A stretch of 64,000 nucleotides of DNA from Candidatus Latescibacterota bacterium (GCA_965219995.1 CBDCOX010000002.1:4288001-4352000), one strand, 5' to 3'; positions 39,617-50,411 are shown, counted from the stretch's first letter. The notes: a model not told the origin generated them from the sequence alone. Numbers and translations: made by a program.

Positions 39617-39789
39617 GGCCTTTGTTTATACTATAAGTCCATTTAATATAAATACTTATATACTATATACCAGTGAACTTACACGACACACACGCGTAAC
39701 GTTATGAATCGGCGGGACGCCGACCGAGAAGTCCAAAAGTAGAATCAAAGCGAATGATAACAATAGGTTATGCGAATTCCACACGCACT

Positions 39790-39825
39790 TGTCTCAAATT
39801 GATACGAAAGTATCAGATTGAGACA
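39790..39825. promoter_or_regulatory. Paired palindromic putative enhancer (UAS) sites
   Basis: tgtctcaaattgatac gaaa gtatcagattgagaca, 175 bp beyond the -24 box. Confidence 0.65.
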
Positions 39826-40242
39826 CACGTCGAACAGGAGATGCGTCGCATCCGGCCCGAAAGTCGAGGCTTCCTACGTCATCCTGCCCCGCCGGCGCTG
39901 GTGTGATCCGGAATGAAACCTCAGCACCCGACGCAACCGCGAATAACGCTACCCCGGCCGGGACGACAAGGGCTGGCAATAGAACAGGGGACGGGGGAAG
40001 AGTGGGCGACCGATGCGAACACCAGGATACGGTTCAATAGAATTGACAAGGTTCCGATCTCAAGAGGATATATCTTATTTAATATGTATACTCCATGGGA
40101 TTTCACCCGTCCGGTGACCGGCCTGGGGATCCATATTGTTTATAATATGTATTTGCGTCGGACGCGTTCCGTCCGGAACAGATTGACTGATCTCTTCGAT
40201 GCGGGGTGCAAACCGGCGCGGCGGTCGCGCGGTTTCAGTCGC

Positions 40243-43200
40243 TCAGAAGTTCCTGGAGAGTGAGAAGCCCACGCGGTAGTCCGGGGTTCCGACAGGTGCG
40301 CCAACCCGGTCCGTTCCCAAACCCTGCCCGGGCAGGCGAACTTCGCCGAGCAACTCCAACTGAAGGTTCCTGCTCAGGATACCTGCGGACCCGTTGGAGG
40401 CGCCCGGCGCAATCAGGCGAAGACCGCCGCCGAGGCGGTGTATGCCCGCACCAGCCACGTCCAGATCGACAAAGGGCGCCAGCCGGCCCCGGCCTCCCCG
40501 GGTCACCAGTCCGTAGTCGAGGCCCGCCCGCGCGCTGTTGGGCCGCCAGTCCATTCTTTCGCGCCCGTCTGTGCCGTTTCGATACGCCGCCATCCGGTCA
40601 CGATCCCACAACCTGTTGACGCCGCCGACGGTACTCTTCCCCCACCGGGGCTCTACAGACAAAGCCAATCCCTTGCTGTCAGCACCCGGGTCCAGACGCA
40701 GCGCCAGGCTCAGGCCGCCTTCCCTGAAGTCTCGATCCTGGTGCGCTACCAGCCAGTGCGAGCGGGCCTCCAGGTCCAGGCCGATGCGCCGATTCGAAAG
40801 CGATAGCGCCCCGGCCAGTTCGGTGCCGAGTCCCTTCTCTGTGTCGCCGCCGTCAACGCGTGCGCCGAGTGCCAGACTCAAGTCCATCCGCGTGTCGGGC
40901 GTCATGGACCACTCCGTACTGCCGTTGAGCATCAGGCGAACGCGCCGGGCGTCGCCGGTAGCGGCCCTCAGCCCCGCCACCGATTCGGAGCCGGTGCTCA
41001 CGGCGAAGGCATCGGCCGTCAACGCCAGGTCGACGTTCCCCAGCCGCGTCAGGGCCATCCGTGCGCCGAGTGCCGCGGACCGGCTGCTGATGTTCGTCTC
41101 GGCCGAACTACTGCCCGTGCCTGCCAGGGGGCCGCCGTAGCCGCTGTACAGTTCGGCGTCGCCCGTGCCGAAGCCCAACATTCCCCACAGGCCCAGTTTT
41201 TCGATGGGGGACCAGTGAACGTACGGATGGAGGCTGGCCAGTCGCGTCTTCCACTTGCCAATACTGTTGCCGGCATTGTCGAGGTCCTGGACGCCATTGC
41301 TGTACGAGGCGGCCAGCCCCGCCACGAGCTTCGAATTCCAGTTGTAGTCCGCCCCGACGTACGCCGCCGTGACACTGCCGTCCATGCGATTGTCCGAATT
41401 GGGATCGCCGGAATACCGGCTGCCGGCGCCGCGTCCCCAGAACGTCCATCCGTTATCTGCGGATCCGGACGGGTCCATTGCCAACTGGAAGGAACTGCGG
41501 GTTAAGACACTCCGCCCGGAGGGCGCCCTCAGTACCGGTCGAACAGTGGTTGGATCGGGCGTTGACCCGGACAGTCCGTCCAGCGCGGTTGCTTCGCGCC
41601 CTGGCGTGGGAACCGGGGCGTCCAGGCGTATGCCGAACAGACCCGCGGCGACCCGCACCCACTCCAACGTGTTGAACGCCTGTCCGAGGCCGAGGCTGCC
41701 GCCGCCCAGGGTGGCTCGCAATGCCCGGGACGTGGCCTCGAAGCGACCCACGACCGCATCCACGGCCTGGCTCAGCACCGTCCTGCCGAACGCCGCCAGG
41801 GACAGCTCGAGGGCGCGGGCGCGGTTGGTCCGGAGGGTTTCGACCGTGACGGCGAAGGAGAGCCTCGCGCTCATGCCATACGGGTCGCGGGCCGTCACCG
41901 TCACACGCGTGGTCGCCACCGCGACGGGGGTGAGCGCGATGGCTTTGCCGACGAGGCTGACGTTCACAATGCCCCGGTCCGGCGACGCTTCGTATTCGAG
42001 CGGGTCCCCGTCCGGATCGGCGAACAGTCCCGTCAGGTCGACGGTTCCGTTCGTGCCCATCGTGAGCACCTGGTCCGGAATCGTCCCAACCACCGCGGGG
42101 CCGAGGTTGATCCCCTTTATCGCGATCGTCACCGTAGCCGCGTCGCTGCTGGCGCCCCTGCTGTCCAACACCCGGTAGGTGAAGCGGTCTTCGGCCACCC
42201 TGCCGCCGTCGTGGTTGTAGACGAAGGTTCCGTCCTCATACAGCGTCAGGGCGCCATGGACGGGCGCTTCGACCAGGATTGCCGTCAACCGGCTCCTGTC
42301 GTCTTCGGCGTCGACGTCGTTGGCCAGGACGCTGATGCTCCCGTCATCGCTTGGGCTCACCGCGGCGCTGTTCGCCAGCGGCGCGATCTTCGCGCCCGCG
42401 TCCGGTTCCGGAATGTCGAAGTCTTCGGGCGGCGCGAAATATGGATTTCGTGCATCGTTCCGGGTGTCGCCGGTCCACAACGACGTCGTCGTGCGGCCCC
42501 GGAAGACCGTTACGGCATCGTCCACCGCCACCGGCGGCATGTTGACCCGCGTTCGACCGCTGCCCACCGGTGACCAGGCGCCCGCGCCCTCCGCGTTCTT
42601 CGCACGCACCTGCACCTCGTAGGTCGCTTCGGACTCCAGTCCGGGGATCGCAGCGACGGTCTTCGTGCCCGAGAACGCGTGGGAGACCCAGGCGGAGAGG
42701 CCCTGCTTCCGGTACCTCACGTCGTAGTCGCTGACCGCCGGGCCCGTGTTGGCGGGGACCCGCCAGACCGCCTGCACGCTCGTCAATGACGCGCCGGTCA
42801 CCCTGGGCGCCGCCGGGGCGGACGGCGGCTCCGCAACGTCGGTGACGCCGATGGCCACGTCGATGACGTCACTGCCCTCTCTTCCGTCGTCGACGGTCAC
42901 CGTCACCGTGTGGGACAGGGGCCCCGCCTCGTAGTCCAGCAAAGTCCCTTCGGAAACCATGATCTGTCCGGTGCCCGAATCGATGGCAAAGGCATCCGAT
43001 CCCGACAGCGTATAACTCAGAGCGTCTCCGTTCGGATCCGTTGCCTCGACCGGATCGCCCACCGCGCCGCCGGCGGGCGTATTCTCCGCGACAGTGCGTG
43101 TGGTCGCTAAGCCCGCGTCGAAGCCGGGAGCCTCGTTGGGGCCGTCGTCGTCGATGATCGTGCCCGTTACGGGGTCGCCCGCCGTCACGCCGGACGGCGC

Positions 43201-46200
43201 GTTCGACACCCGCAGCGCGACGGTGAAGGTCTCGTTTTCTTCAACGATCCCGTCCTCCGTCGTCGCCACCTTGAACGTCTGCTTTTCGCCCGCCGCGCCC
43301 GTGAAGCGAACGGGCTTTGCGTCGGTCGAGTAGTCGGTTTCCGACGTCGCCGTCCCATCGCGGAAGACAGGCGTCACCGTCAGACCGCCCTGTACCGCCC
43401 GGTCCAGCCTCACGTGAAAGGTCAGCGCGTCGCCTTCAGACGCCTTTCCGCTCCCGGTCGTCACCGTCCCCCGGTCGTCGTCTGTTATCGTGCCCGTTGC
43501 AACGCCCGTTGTCAGTCCGGACACCGACGTCCCCGAGATGGAAAGACCCACCGTGACGGTCTCGTTGTGTTCCACAACCTCGTCCTGTGCCGTCGCCACC
43601 GAAAACGTGTGCGTCTCCCCTGCCGTTCCGGCAAAGCGTATGCCCGCGACGTCCGCGGTGTAGTCCCTGCCGCGGGTGGCCGTGCCGCCGCGGATGACGG
43701 GCGTGACCGTCAGACCGCCGGGTACCGTGCGGTTCAGCCTCACCGCAAACGTAAGCACGCCTCCCTCCGCGGCCCCAGCGTTTGCCATCGTCACCGTCTT
43801 CCTGACCGTGGACGGGTCATGGGTCGCGCCGCGGCCGCTTTTCGACCACGCGCCGTCGCCTTCGGCGTTCCTGGCCAGCACCTGCACCTCGTAGGTGGTC
43901 GCAGCCTTCAGGCCGGCGATCGTGGTGCTCGCGCCTGTGCCATCAAACGCATGGTCTCTCCATGCCGTTGTGCCTGCTTCCCTGTACCGCACGTCGTAAT
44001 CGGCGATGGGTCCGCCGTTGTCGGCCGGCGCCGTCCAGCTCACGTCCAGCGAACCCGCGGGGTCTCCCGGCGAACGGACGACCGACGGCGCGTCCGGCGC
44101 GTCAGGGGGCGACACGTCGGTCACGTTGACCGTGAGGGACAGGACGTCCGTGTGCCCGTGTCCGTCGTCCACCGTGACCGTCAGTCCGTCGTAAACACTC
44201 TTGACTTCGAAGTCCAGCGAGTCCTTCGTACTCAACTGGCCGGTGGCCCGATCCAGGCTGAAGGCGGAGGCGTCCGTCCCCCCAAGCGTGTATGAAAGCG
44301 GGTCGTCCTCGGCGTCCGTCGCCGAGACCGGCGTGCCGATGGCCGTGCCCGGGGGCGTGTTCTCGGCCACGGTACGGATGGCCGCGTCCCCGTCGTCGAA
44401 TACGGGCGGTGCATCGTTGTCCAGGATCGTTACCGTTGCGGATCTTCGGTCCACGACCACTTTCTGGGACGCCCCGCTGGCGACCGAGGGCTCGCCCAGA
44501 TCAATCCCGAAGCTCTCCAGGTCCTCGTGCTCCTCGTCGTCGAGGATGATAATCTCGATGATCGCCTCCGTCTGTCCTGCCGCAAGGATGACGGTGCCGG
44601 AGCTGGGTTCGTGCTCGTGTCCGGACTGCCGATCTGCGACGGATATCTTCGACGCGGGCCCCGAGCTCGATGTGGTCCACGGCACCTCGACCGTACCGCC
44701 CACGGACGACGAGAGCGTGACCGGCAGTTCCACGCTGGAACCCTCCGCCACCGGGCTGTCCGGATCATGGATGGAGACGAAGACGGTACCGTCGTCGTCC
44801 TGGATTGTACCGGTCGCAGGATTTCCCGCCGTCACCTCCGGAGGCGCATTGGACACCGTGAGGCCGACCGTGAACGTCTCGTTGTCTTCGGCATCCATGT
44901 CATCCGTCGTTGCCACTGTGAAGGACCGTTCCTCCCCAACCGTCCCTGTGAAGTTTATCGACGCCGTGTTGGCCGTATAGTCCGCGCCTTCAACTGCCGT
45001 GCCGTCGGCGAAGGTCGGCGTCGCCGTAAGCCCGCCGGAAACCGCCTTGTGCAGCGTCACCGTAAACGTGATTGAATTCCCCTCAACAGCCGATGCGTCG
45101 GACACCGTCAACGTCGGCACTCCACTTTCATGTCTATTGCGAATATCGTCATCGTCGTCCCTTATGGTGCCGGTCGCGCCGCCGGCGCTCACGCCGGACG
45201 GAGCATCGGACACCACCAGACTCAACGTAAATGTCTCGTCCTTCTCCTCCACGTCATCCTCGATCGTCGGCACCGTGAAGGTACGCTCCTCGCCCGCGGT
45301 TCCGATGAAACTGAGCGCCGCCGTATTCACAGTGTAATCGGCCCCTGACGTGGCGGTCACATCGCCGAAGACCGGCGTCACCGTAAGTCCACCTTGAACC
45401 GCCCTGGCCAGCCTCACCGTGAACGAAAGCGCATCGCCCTCCACCGCCGACGCGTCGGACGCCGTCACGGTCACGCTGCCGTCAGCGTCGTCGTCGGTGA
45501 TCGTCCCCGTCGCCGTATCGGTAGCCGTCACGGTCGCCGTCGTGCCCGAGACGACCAGTCCCACCGGGAACGTCTCGGACGCTTCCACGACCTCATCCTC
45601 AATCGTTGGCACCGTGAACGCCTTTTCTTCACCCGCGGCGCCGGTAAAACTGAGCGGGGTCGCATCTGCGGTATAGTCGGCATCCGCACTGGCCGTACCG
45701 ACGCCGAACACCGGTGTCACCGTAAGGCCCCCCGGAACCGCCCCTGCGAGCCGTACCGTGAACGACAGCGCCTCGCCCTCGACAGCCGTTGCGTCGGACA
45801 CGGTTACCTCGGTTGCCGCTGTCACGGTGATCCTGAACGTCGCCTCGTCAAACTGCCCGTTGACATTGGTCGCGTTGATCGCCACCGTGTAGGTCTTCGC
45901 CGCCGCGTCCGTCGACACGGTGCCCTGAACCTTTCTCGACGTATAGGACAGCCCGGAAGGGAGCCCCCCCACCGCCACCGCGGGAAGGTCGCTTTCTGCA
46001 ACGGTCACTGGATTGGCGTTTCCAAAAGCCCTTTTTGCGCCCCCCGGCGGCTCACCGACGCCTACGCTTATCACCGGGATCCCGAACGATGCAATTGTCT
46101 CACCCTGGGCATACGTCTTGTCCGCAGGCGCTATGATCTCCAGCAACGGATTCGAAACGTCCAGACTCGCCGTAATCGAAAGCCTGTCTGCGGCGGAGTT

Positions 46201-49200
46201 GCCGTTGCCCACCGCGTCGTCCGCCACGTTCGCCGCAACGTCCACCGTCACCAAGCCGGTCGCCGCCGGCGTGATCGTGGCGGCGTAACTGGCTCCCGTT
46301 CCGGAAAAGGCCGTCACCGTCCCGTTGCCCACCGTCACGTCACCCTGCTCGAAACCGCTCACGGACTCCGAAAACGCGATGCTTACGTCAAACGCACCCG
46401 TCTGCGTAGCCGCCGGACCCGTGATACCAACGGACGGACGATCCACGTCCGCCTGAACGGAGAATCGGGTTGCTGCTTTGTTGCCGTTTCCCGCCGAATC
46501 CCGGGCCGCGCGTGCCGCAACGTCCACCGTCACGGCTCCGGTGGCGGCGGGAGTGACTGTGGCGGTGTACCTGTCTCCCGAACCTGAGAAAGCCGTCACG
46601 GTCCCGTTGCCGACGGTTACATCTCCCTTCTCGAACCCGGTGACCGGCTCCGAGAAGGTGATCGTTGCGTCGAACGCCCCGTTCTGCGCGTCCGCCGGAC
46701 CCGAGATGCCGACCGTTGGCGCAACCAGATCCGCCTGCACCGAATACCGGCTCGCAGACGCGTTGCCGTTGCCGGCTTCGTCCACGGCCACGATCGCCGC
46801 AACGTCCACCGTCACGGCTCCGGTGGCGGCAGGAGTGACGGTGGCGGTGTACCTGTCTCCCGAACCGGAGAAAGCCGTCACGGACCCGTTGCCGACGCTC
46901 ACATCCCCCTTCTTGAACCCGGTGACCGGCTCCGAGAAGGTAATCGTTGCGTCGAACGCACCGTTCTGCGCATCCGTCGGCCCCGAGATGCCGACCGTTG
47001 GCGCATCGAGGTCCGCCAGCACCGAGTACACCGGGGATGCCTTGTTGTCCCATCCAGCCCGGTCCTTGAACGTCGCCGCGCCGATGCTCACGCTCACTCT
47101 ACCGCTCGCGGCCGGTGTGATCTGTACGGTGTAGTACCGCCCGTAGTCGGTATCGGCCTCGAAAGACGTGACCGAGCCGTTTGCGACCGTGATATCTCCC
47201 GCCGCGAAGCCGACGAGATTGCCCTCGGAAACTTGCAGTCTGATATCGAAGGGTCCGTTCTGCGGCGCCGTCGGTCCGGTGATCCCCAACCGTTTTCGGA
47301 GTAAAGGCGGATCCGGATCCACGTCCACCTGATAGGTTGCAACCAGGGAAGGATGGTCCTCCCTGGCGTCACGCCATTCCACCTGTATCTTGACCGTGTA
47401 CGGCCAGGTCCCGCCTCGCTGTTCGGTGTATCCCGGCGTCGCTGTGACGTTAAGGACGGAGCGGTCGTTCCAGGTGTAGGAAAGCTCGGAATGCCACCTG
47501 GTCACTGAGACCGACCCGGGAGCAGGCGCTTCCGAGAAAATAGCCCGTACTTCGAACGGGTCATCGCTGGTGCGCACCGCGGTCGGCCCTTCGAATCGAA
47601 TCCAGCGCGGCAGAAACACATCCACGGAGAATTGGCTCGCAGCCTCGTTGCCGTTGTCTGCCGCGCCAGTGGCGACGTGTGCCGGAACGTCTACGGTCAC
47701 CGTTCCGCTGGCTGCCGGCGTGATGGTGGCCGTGTAGCTGCTGCCCGAACCTGAGAAAGCGGTCACGGAGCCGTTGCCGACGGTTACATCACCCTGTTCG
47801 AATTCTGCAACGTCCTCTGAGAAGGTGATGGTTACGTCGAACGCACCGTTCTGCGGATCGGGCGGACCGGAGATGGCCACGGTCGGAGCAGCCACCGGCT
47901 CGGTCACCGTGATCGTGAACGTCGCCGTCTTCGGGGGATAGTCGACCGTGCCGCCTTCGCCGTCGCCGTCTGCGGTGATCGTGACCGTGTAGTCCATCAA
48001 TTCCGCGTCCACGGAGACCGTGCCCTGCACTTGCCCGTTCGAATACGACAGGCCCGGCGGCAGACCCGTCACCGCCACCGTCTTGTATTTCGGATCGGCA
48101 TCGACAGTGATATCGAACGCCGCGATCGTCTCGCCTTGCTCAACCGTCTTGTCGCCCGGCACTGTAATCCGCGGCGGCGCATAGACCACGTGGTAACGGA
48201 ACGTCCGGGTCACCGCCGGGTTCACGCCGTCGTCCGCCTCGACGGTATATTGGTACGTCCTGTCCGTAAGGGCAGGGATCCGGGATGAGTCCGCCAGCGG
48301 CGTCCCTTGCACCTTGCCGTCGGAATACGACAGCCCGGCCGGCAGACCGGTCACTACGACCGTCACGTCGTCCCCGTCGGGGTCGGTCACCGTTATGTCA
48401 AAAGGCCAAATCTCCTGGTATTGAATACCGTAAACGACAAGGGGTTCCCTGATCACCGGCGGCCTGTTTGCCGGCGGCGTACTCGGTGGCGTGGTGACCG
48501 TGATCGTGAACGTCGCCGTCGCCTTCAGCCCGTCGTTTACCTCGTTTGCCTCGATCGTTACCGTGTAGTCCTTCGCCGTTGCAGTTGACGCCACCGTGCC
48601 AGTCACCTCGAGGGATTTCGACGTTTCGTCCCACGACCAGGACAGCCCCGACGGCAGACCCACGATCGTCATGCCGAAAGAGTCACCGTCGGGATCGCTC
48701 ACGGGGATGCTGATCGTTGTAATCGTCTGGCCCTGCCTGAACGTCTTGTTGCCCGGCGCCGTGATCACCGGCGGCCTGTTTGCCGGCGGCGTACTCGGTG
48801 GCGTGGTGACCGTGATCGTGAACGTCGCCGTCGCCTTCAGCCCGTCGTTTACCTCGTTTGCCTCGATCGTCACAGTGTAGTCCTTCGCCGCTGCGGTTGA
48901 CGCCACCGCGCCAGTCACCTCGAGGGATTTCGACGTTTCGTCCCACGACCAGGACAGCCCCGACGGCAGACCCACGATCGTCATGCCGAAAGAGTCACCG
49001 TCGGGATCGCTCACGGGGATGCTGATCGTTGTAATCGTCTGGCCCTGCCTGAACGTCTTGTTGCCCGGCGCCGTGATCACCGGAAGCCTGTTTGCCGGCG
49101 GCGTACTCGGTGGCGTGGTGACCGTGATCGTGAACGTCGCCGTCGCCTTCAGCCCGTCGTTTACCTCGTTTGCCTCGATCGTTACCGTGTAGTCCTTCGC

Positions 49201-50151
49201 CGTTGCAGTTGACGCCACCGTGCCAGTCACCTCGAGGGATTTCGACGTTTCGTCCCACGACCAGGACAGCCCCGACGGCAGACCCACGATCGTCATGCCG
49301 AAAGAGTCACCGTCGGGATCGCTCACGGGGATGCTGATCGTTGTAATCGTCTGGCCCTGCCTGAACGTCTTGTTGCCCGGCGCCGTGATCTCAGGAGCCG
49401 AGTTCAGAGTGACCTGAACAGAATACTGGCTCGCCGCGGTGTTGGCATTGCCTCCAGCGTCCCTGGCCACGCTCGCGGCCACGTCCACCGTAACCGTCCC
49501 GCTGGCCGACGGCGTAATCGTGATCGAATAGCCGGCCCCGGAACCGGAGAAACCCGTCACCGACCCATTGCCCACCGACACGTCCCCCTGCTCGAACGGA
49601 TGCCCGTAAACACCAACGGGCTCCGAAAACTCGACCGTCACGCCGAACGCGCCAGTCTGAACGGCCGATGGACCTGAGATGGTGACTGACGGAGGATCCA
49701 GATCCGCGTTCCCCGTATACCGACTGGCCGCAGTGTTTCCGTTTCCGGCGGCATCGGTAGCCACGTTCGCCGCGACGTCCACGGTCACCGGACCGCTGGC
49801 CGCTGGTAGGACCGTGACCGTGTAACTGGCGCCGGAGCCCGAGAAATCCGTTACCGACGCATTGCCCACCGTCACGTCCCCCTCTTCGAACCCGGAAACT
49901 GATTTCGAAAACGTGATGTACACGTCAACCGGATGGTCCCCAATCGTATACGACGGACCGTTAATGCTCACGGTGAGCGCAGCCTCGGCACGAGCGACTG
50001 CTGGAAGGGCCGCAGGAGCGACGGCTGTCATCAGGCCGGTCATCGCCAAGACAGCGGCAGCCCGGTAGAGCCGTTCGTTAGTGGAGGAGAATCTGAAGAA
50101 ACATAGCAGACCGGGGAATCTGGTGAGGTTTGCTGAGCATCCAACGTGCAT
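40243..50151 (-). CDS. Giant autotransporter adhesin (~3302 aa): bacterial Ig-like, putative Ig, Calx-beta, cadherin, FN3, beta-barrel
   Basis: Start moved to ATG 50151 (GGGAGG RBS) because the ORF-track start lies in a sigma54 box; ITFSE.V.GF..GDV.VGNG.V repeats; C-terminal ~1500 aa paralogous to 26245..39525. Confidence 0.92.
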   Translation of the reverse strand: MHVGCSANLTRFPGLLCFFRFSSTNERLYRAAAVLAMTGLMTAVAPAALPAVARAEAALTVSINGPSYTIGDHPVDVYITFSKSVSGFEEGDVTVGNASVTDFSGSGASYTVTVLPAASGPVTVDVAANVATDAAGNGNTAASRYTGNADLDPPSVTISGPSAVQTGAFGVTVEFSEPVGVYGHPFEQGDVSVGNGSVTGFSGSGAGYSITITPSASGTVTVDVAASVARDAGGNANTAASQYSVQVTLNSAPEITAPGNKTFRQGQTITTISIPVSDPDGDSFGMTIVGLPSGLSWSWDETSKSLEVTGTVASTATAKDYTVTIEANEVNDGLKATATFTITVTTPPSTPPANRLPVITAPGNKTFRQGQTITTISIPVSDPDGDSFGMTIVGLPSGLSWSWDETSKSLEVTGAVASTAAAKDYTVTIEANEVNDGLKATATFTITVTTPPSTPPANRPPVITAPGNKTFRQGQTITTISIPVSDPDGDSFGMTIVGLPSGLSWSWDETSKSLEVTGTVASTATAKDYTVTIEANEVNDGLKATATFTITVTTPPSTPPANRPPVIREPLVVYGIQYQEIWPFDITVTDPDGDDVTVVVTGLPAGLSYSDGKVQGTPLADSSRIPALTDRTYQYTVEADDGVNPAVTRTFRYHVVYAPPRITVPGDKTVEQGETIAAFDITVDADPKYKTVAVTGLPPGLSYSNGQVQGTVSVDAELMDYTVTITADGDGEGGTVDYPPKTATFTITVTEPVAAPTVAISGPPDPQNGAFDVTITFSEDVAEFEQGDVTVGNGSVTAFSGSGSSYTATITPAASGTVTVDVPAHVATGAADNGNEAASQFSVDVFLPRWIRFEGPTAVRTSDDPFEVRAIFSEAPAPGSVSVTRWHSELSYTWNDRSVLNVTATPGYTEQRGGTWPYTVKIQVEWRDAREDHPSLVATYQVDVDPDPPLLRKRLGITGPTAPQNGPFDIRLQVSEGNLVGFAAGDITVANGSVTSFEADTDYGRYYTVQITPAASGRVSVSIGAATFKDRAGWDNKASPVYSVLADLDAPTVGISGPTDAQNGAFDATITFSEPVTGFKKGDVSVGNGSVTAFSGSGDRYTATVTPAATGAVTVDVAAIVAVDEAGNGNASASRYSVQADLVAPTVGISGPADAQNGAFDATITFSEPVTGFEKGDVTVGNGTVTAFSGSGDRYTATVTPAATGAVTVDVAARAARDSAGNGNKAATRFSVQADVDRPSVGITGPAATQTGAFDVSIAFSESVSGFEQGDVTVGNGTVTAFSGTGASYAATITPAATGLVTVDVAANVADDAVGNGNSAADRLSITASLDVSNPLLEIIAPADKTYAQGETIASFGIPVISVGVGEPPGGAKRAFGNANPVTVAESDLPAVAVGGLPSGLSYTSRKVQGTVSTDAAAKTYTVAINATNVNGQFDEATFRITVTAATEVTVSDATAVEGEALSFTVRLAGAVPGGLTVTPVFGVGTASADADYTADATPLSFTGAAGEEKAFTVPTIEDEVVEASETFPVGLVVSGTTATVTATDTATGTITDDDADGSVTVTASDASAVEGDALSFTVRLARAVQGGLTVTPVFGDVTATSGADYTVNTAALSFIGTAGEERTFTVPTIEDDVEEKDETFTLSLVVSDAPSGVSAGGATGTIRDDDDDIRNRHESGVPTLTVSDASAVEGNSITFTVTLHKAVSGGLTATPTFADGTAVEGADYTANTASINFTGTVGEERSFTVATTDDMDAEDNETFTVGLTVSNAPPEVTAGNPATGTIQDDDGTVFVSIHDPDSPVAEGSSVELPVTLSSSVGGTVEVPWTTSSSGPASKISVADRQSGHEHEPSSGTVILAAGQTEAIIEIIILDDEEHEDLESFGIDLGEPSVASGASQKVVVDRRSATVTILDNDAPPVFDDGDAAIRTVAENTPPGTAIGTPVSATDAEDDPLSYTLGGTDASAFSLDRATGQLSTKDSLDFEVKSVYDGLTVTVDDGHGHTDVLSLTVNVTDVSPPDAPDAPSVVRSPGDPAGSLDVSWTAPADNGGPIADYDVRYREAGTTAWRDHAFDGTGASTTIAGLKAATTYEVQVLARNAEGDGAWSKSGRGATHDPSTVRKTVTMANAGAAEGGVLTFAVRLNRTVPGGLTVTPVIRGGTATRGRDYTADVAGIRFAGTAGETHTFSVATAQDEVVEHNETVTVGLSISGTSVSGLTTGVATGTITDDDRGTVTTGSGKASEGDALTFHVRLDRAVQGGLTVTPVFRDGTATSETDYSTDAKPVRFTGAAGEKQTFKVATTEDGIVEENETFTVALRVSNAPSGVTAGDPVTGTIIDDDGPNEAPGFDAGLATTRTVAENTPAGGAVGDPVEATDPNGDALSYTLSGSDAFAIDSGTGQIMVSEGTLLDYEAGPLSHTVTVTVDDGREGSDVIDVAIGVTDVAEPPSAPAAPRVTGASLTSVQAVWRVPANTGPAVSDYDVRYRKQGLSAWVSHAFSGTKTVAAIPGLESEATYEVQVRAKNAEGAGAWSPVGSGRTRVNMPPVAVDDAVTVFRGRTTTSLWTGDTRNDARNPYFAPPEDFDIPEPDAGAKIAPLANSAAVSPSDDGSISVLANDVDAEDDRSRLTAILVEAPVHGALTLYEDGTFVYNHDGGRVAEDRFTYRVLDSRGASSDAATVTIAIKGINLGPAVVGTIPDQVLTMGTNGTVDLTGLFADPDGDPLEYEASPDRGIVNVSLVGKAIALTPVAVATTRVTVTARDPYGMSARLSFAVTVETLRTNRARALELSLAAFGRTVLSQAVDAVVGRFEATSRALRATLGGGSLGLGQAFNTLEWVRVAAGLFGIRLDAPVPTPGREATALDGLSGSTPDPTTVRPVLRAPSGRSVLTRSSFQLAMDPSGSADNGWTFWGRGAGSRYSGDPNSDNRMDGSVTAAYVGADYNWNSKLVAGLAASYSNGVQDLDNAGNSIGKWKTRLASLHPYVHWSPIEKLGLWGMLGFGTGDAELYSGYGGPLAGTGSSSAETNISSRSAALGARMALTRLGNVDLALTADAFAVSTGSESVAGLRAATGDARRVRLMLNGSTEWSMTPDTRMDLSLALGARVDGGDTEKGLGTELAGALSLSNRRIGLDLEARSHWLVAHQDRDFREGGLSLALRLDPGADSKGLALSVEPRWGKSTVGGVNRLWDRDRMAAYRNGTDGRERMDWRPNSARAGLDYGLVTRGGRGRLAPFVDLDVAGAGIHRLGGGLRLIAPGASNGSAGILSRNLQLELLGEVRLPGQGLGTDRVGAPVGTPDYRVGFSLSRNF
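48451..49390 (-). repeat. 3 near-identical 312-bp coding repeats
   Basis: Units start 48451, 48763, 49075. Confidence 0.9.
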
Positions 50152-50225
50152 TGACTGCCTCCCTGTTCGGAATGGATGTATGCCGCCCCCTGAGGGTGCG
50201 GATAGCTTCAGTTCCATCGCGTTTA

Positions 50226-50241
50226 GCAGAAGGCGTGCCAA
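50226..50241 (-). promoter_or_regulatory. sigma54 (-24/-12) promoter
   Basis: TTGGCACGCCTTCTGC, 75 bp upstream of ATG 50151; one mismatch to the 39601 copy. Confidence 0.8.
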
Positions 50242-50411
50242 AGTCGCTCATCGACCTCAACTTCCCCAAAATAAGGGACTTATGGAATTACATCCGAGGA
50301 CCGCCATTCGACACAAGCGTCTCAATTGTCAACGATTCAGAGTCGATCCGGAGTTTAAAAACGGAAGCAACCCAAATGATTCCAGCGAGATACGCCGTTC
50401 CTTCGGAGTTG

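Noticed and set aside
39913-40263. Small + strand ORFs sharing RGYILF...MY.RR with 50605..51048
   Set aside because: Similarity is limited to the AT-rich DNA motifs and the starts and stops do not correspond; treated as a cis element.
26173-49417. Long + strand ORFs (e.g. 30511..33942, 33143..34432)
   Set aside because: Antisense shadows of GC-rich repetitive adhesin genes; similar shadows overlie the regulators and the PD40/LRR genes.
50152-50241. ORF-track N-terminal extension of the second adhesin (likewise starts 10880, 56211, 58280, 61583, 63707)
   Set aside because: The extensions cover promoter or intergenic DNA; downstream ATGs have an RBS and signal-peptide or paralog support.
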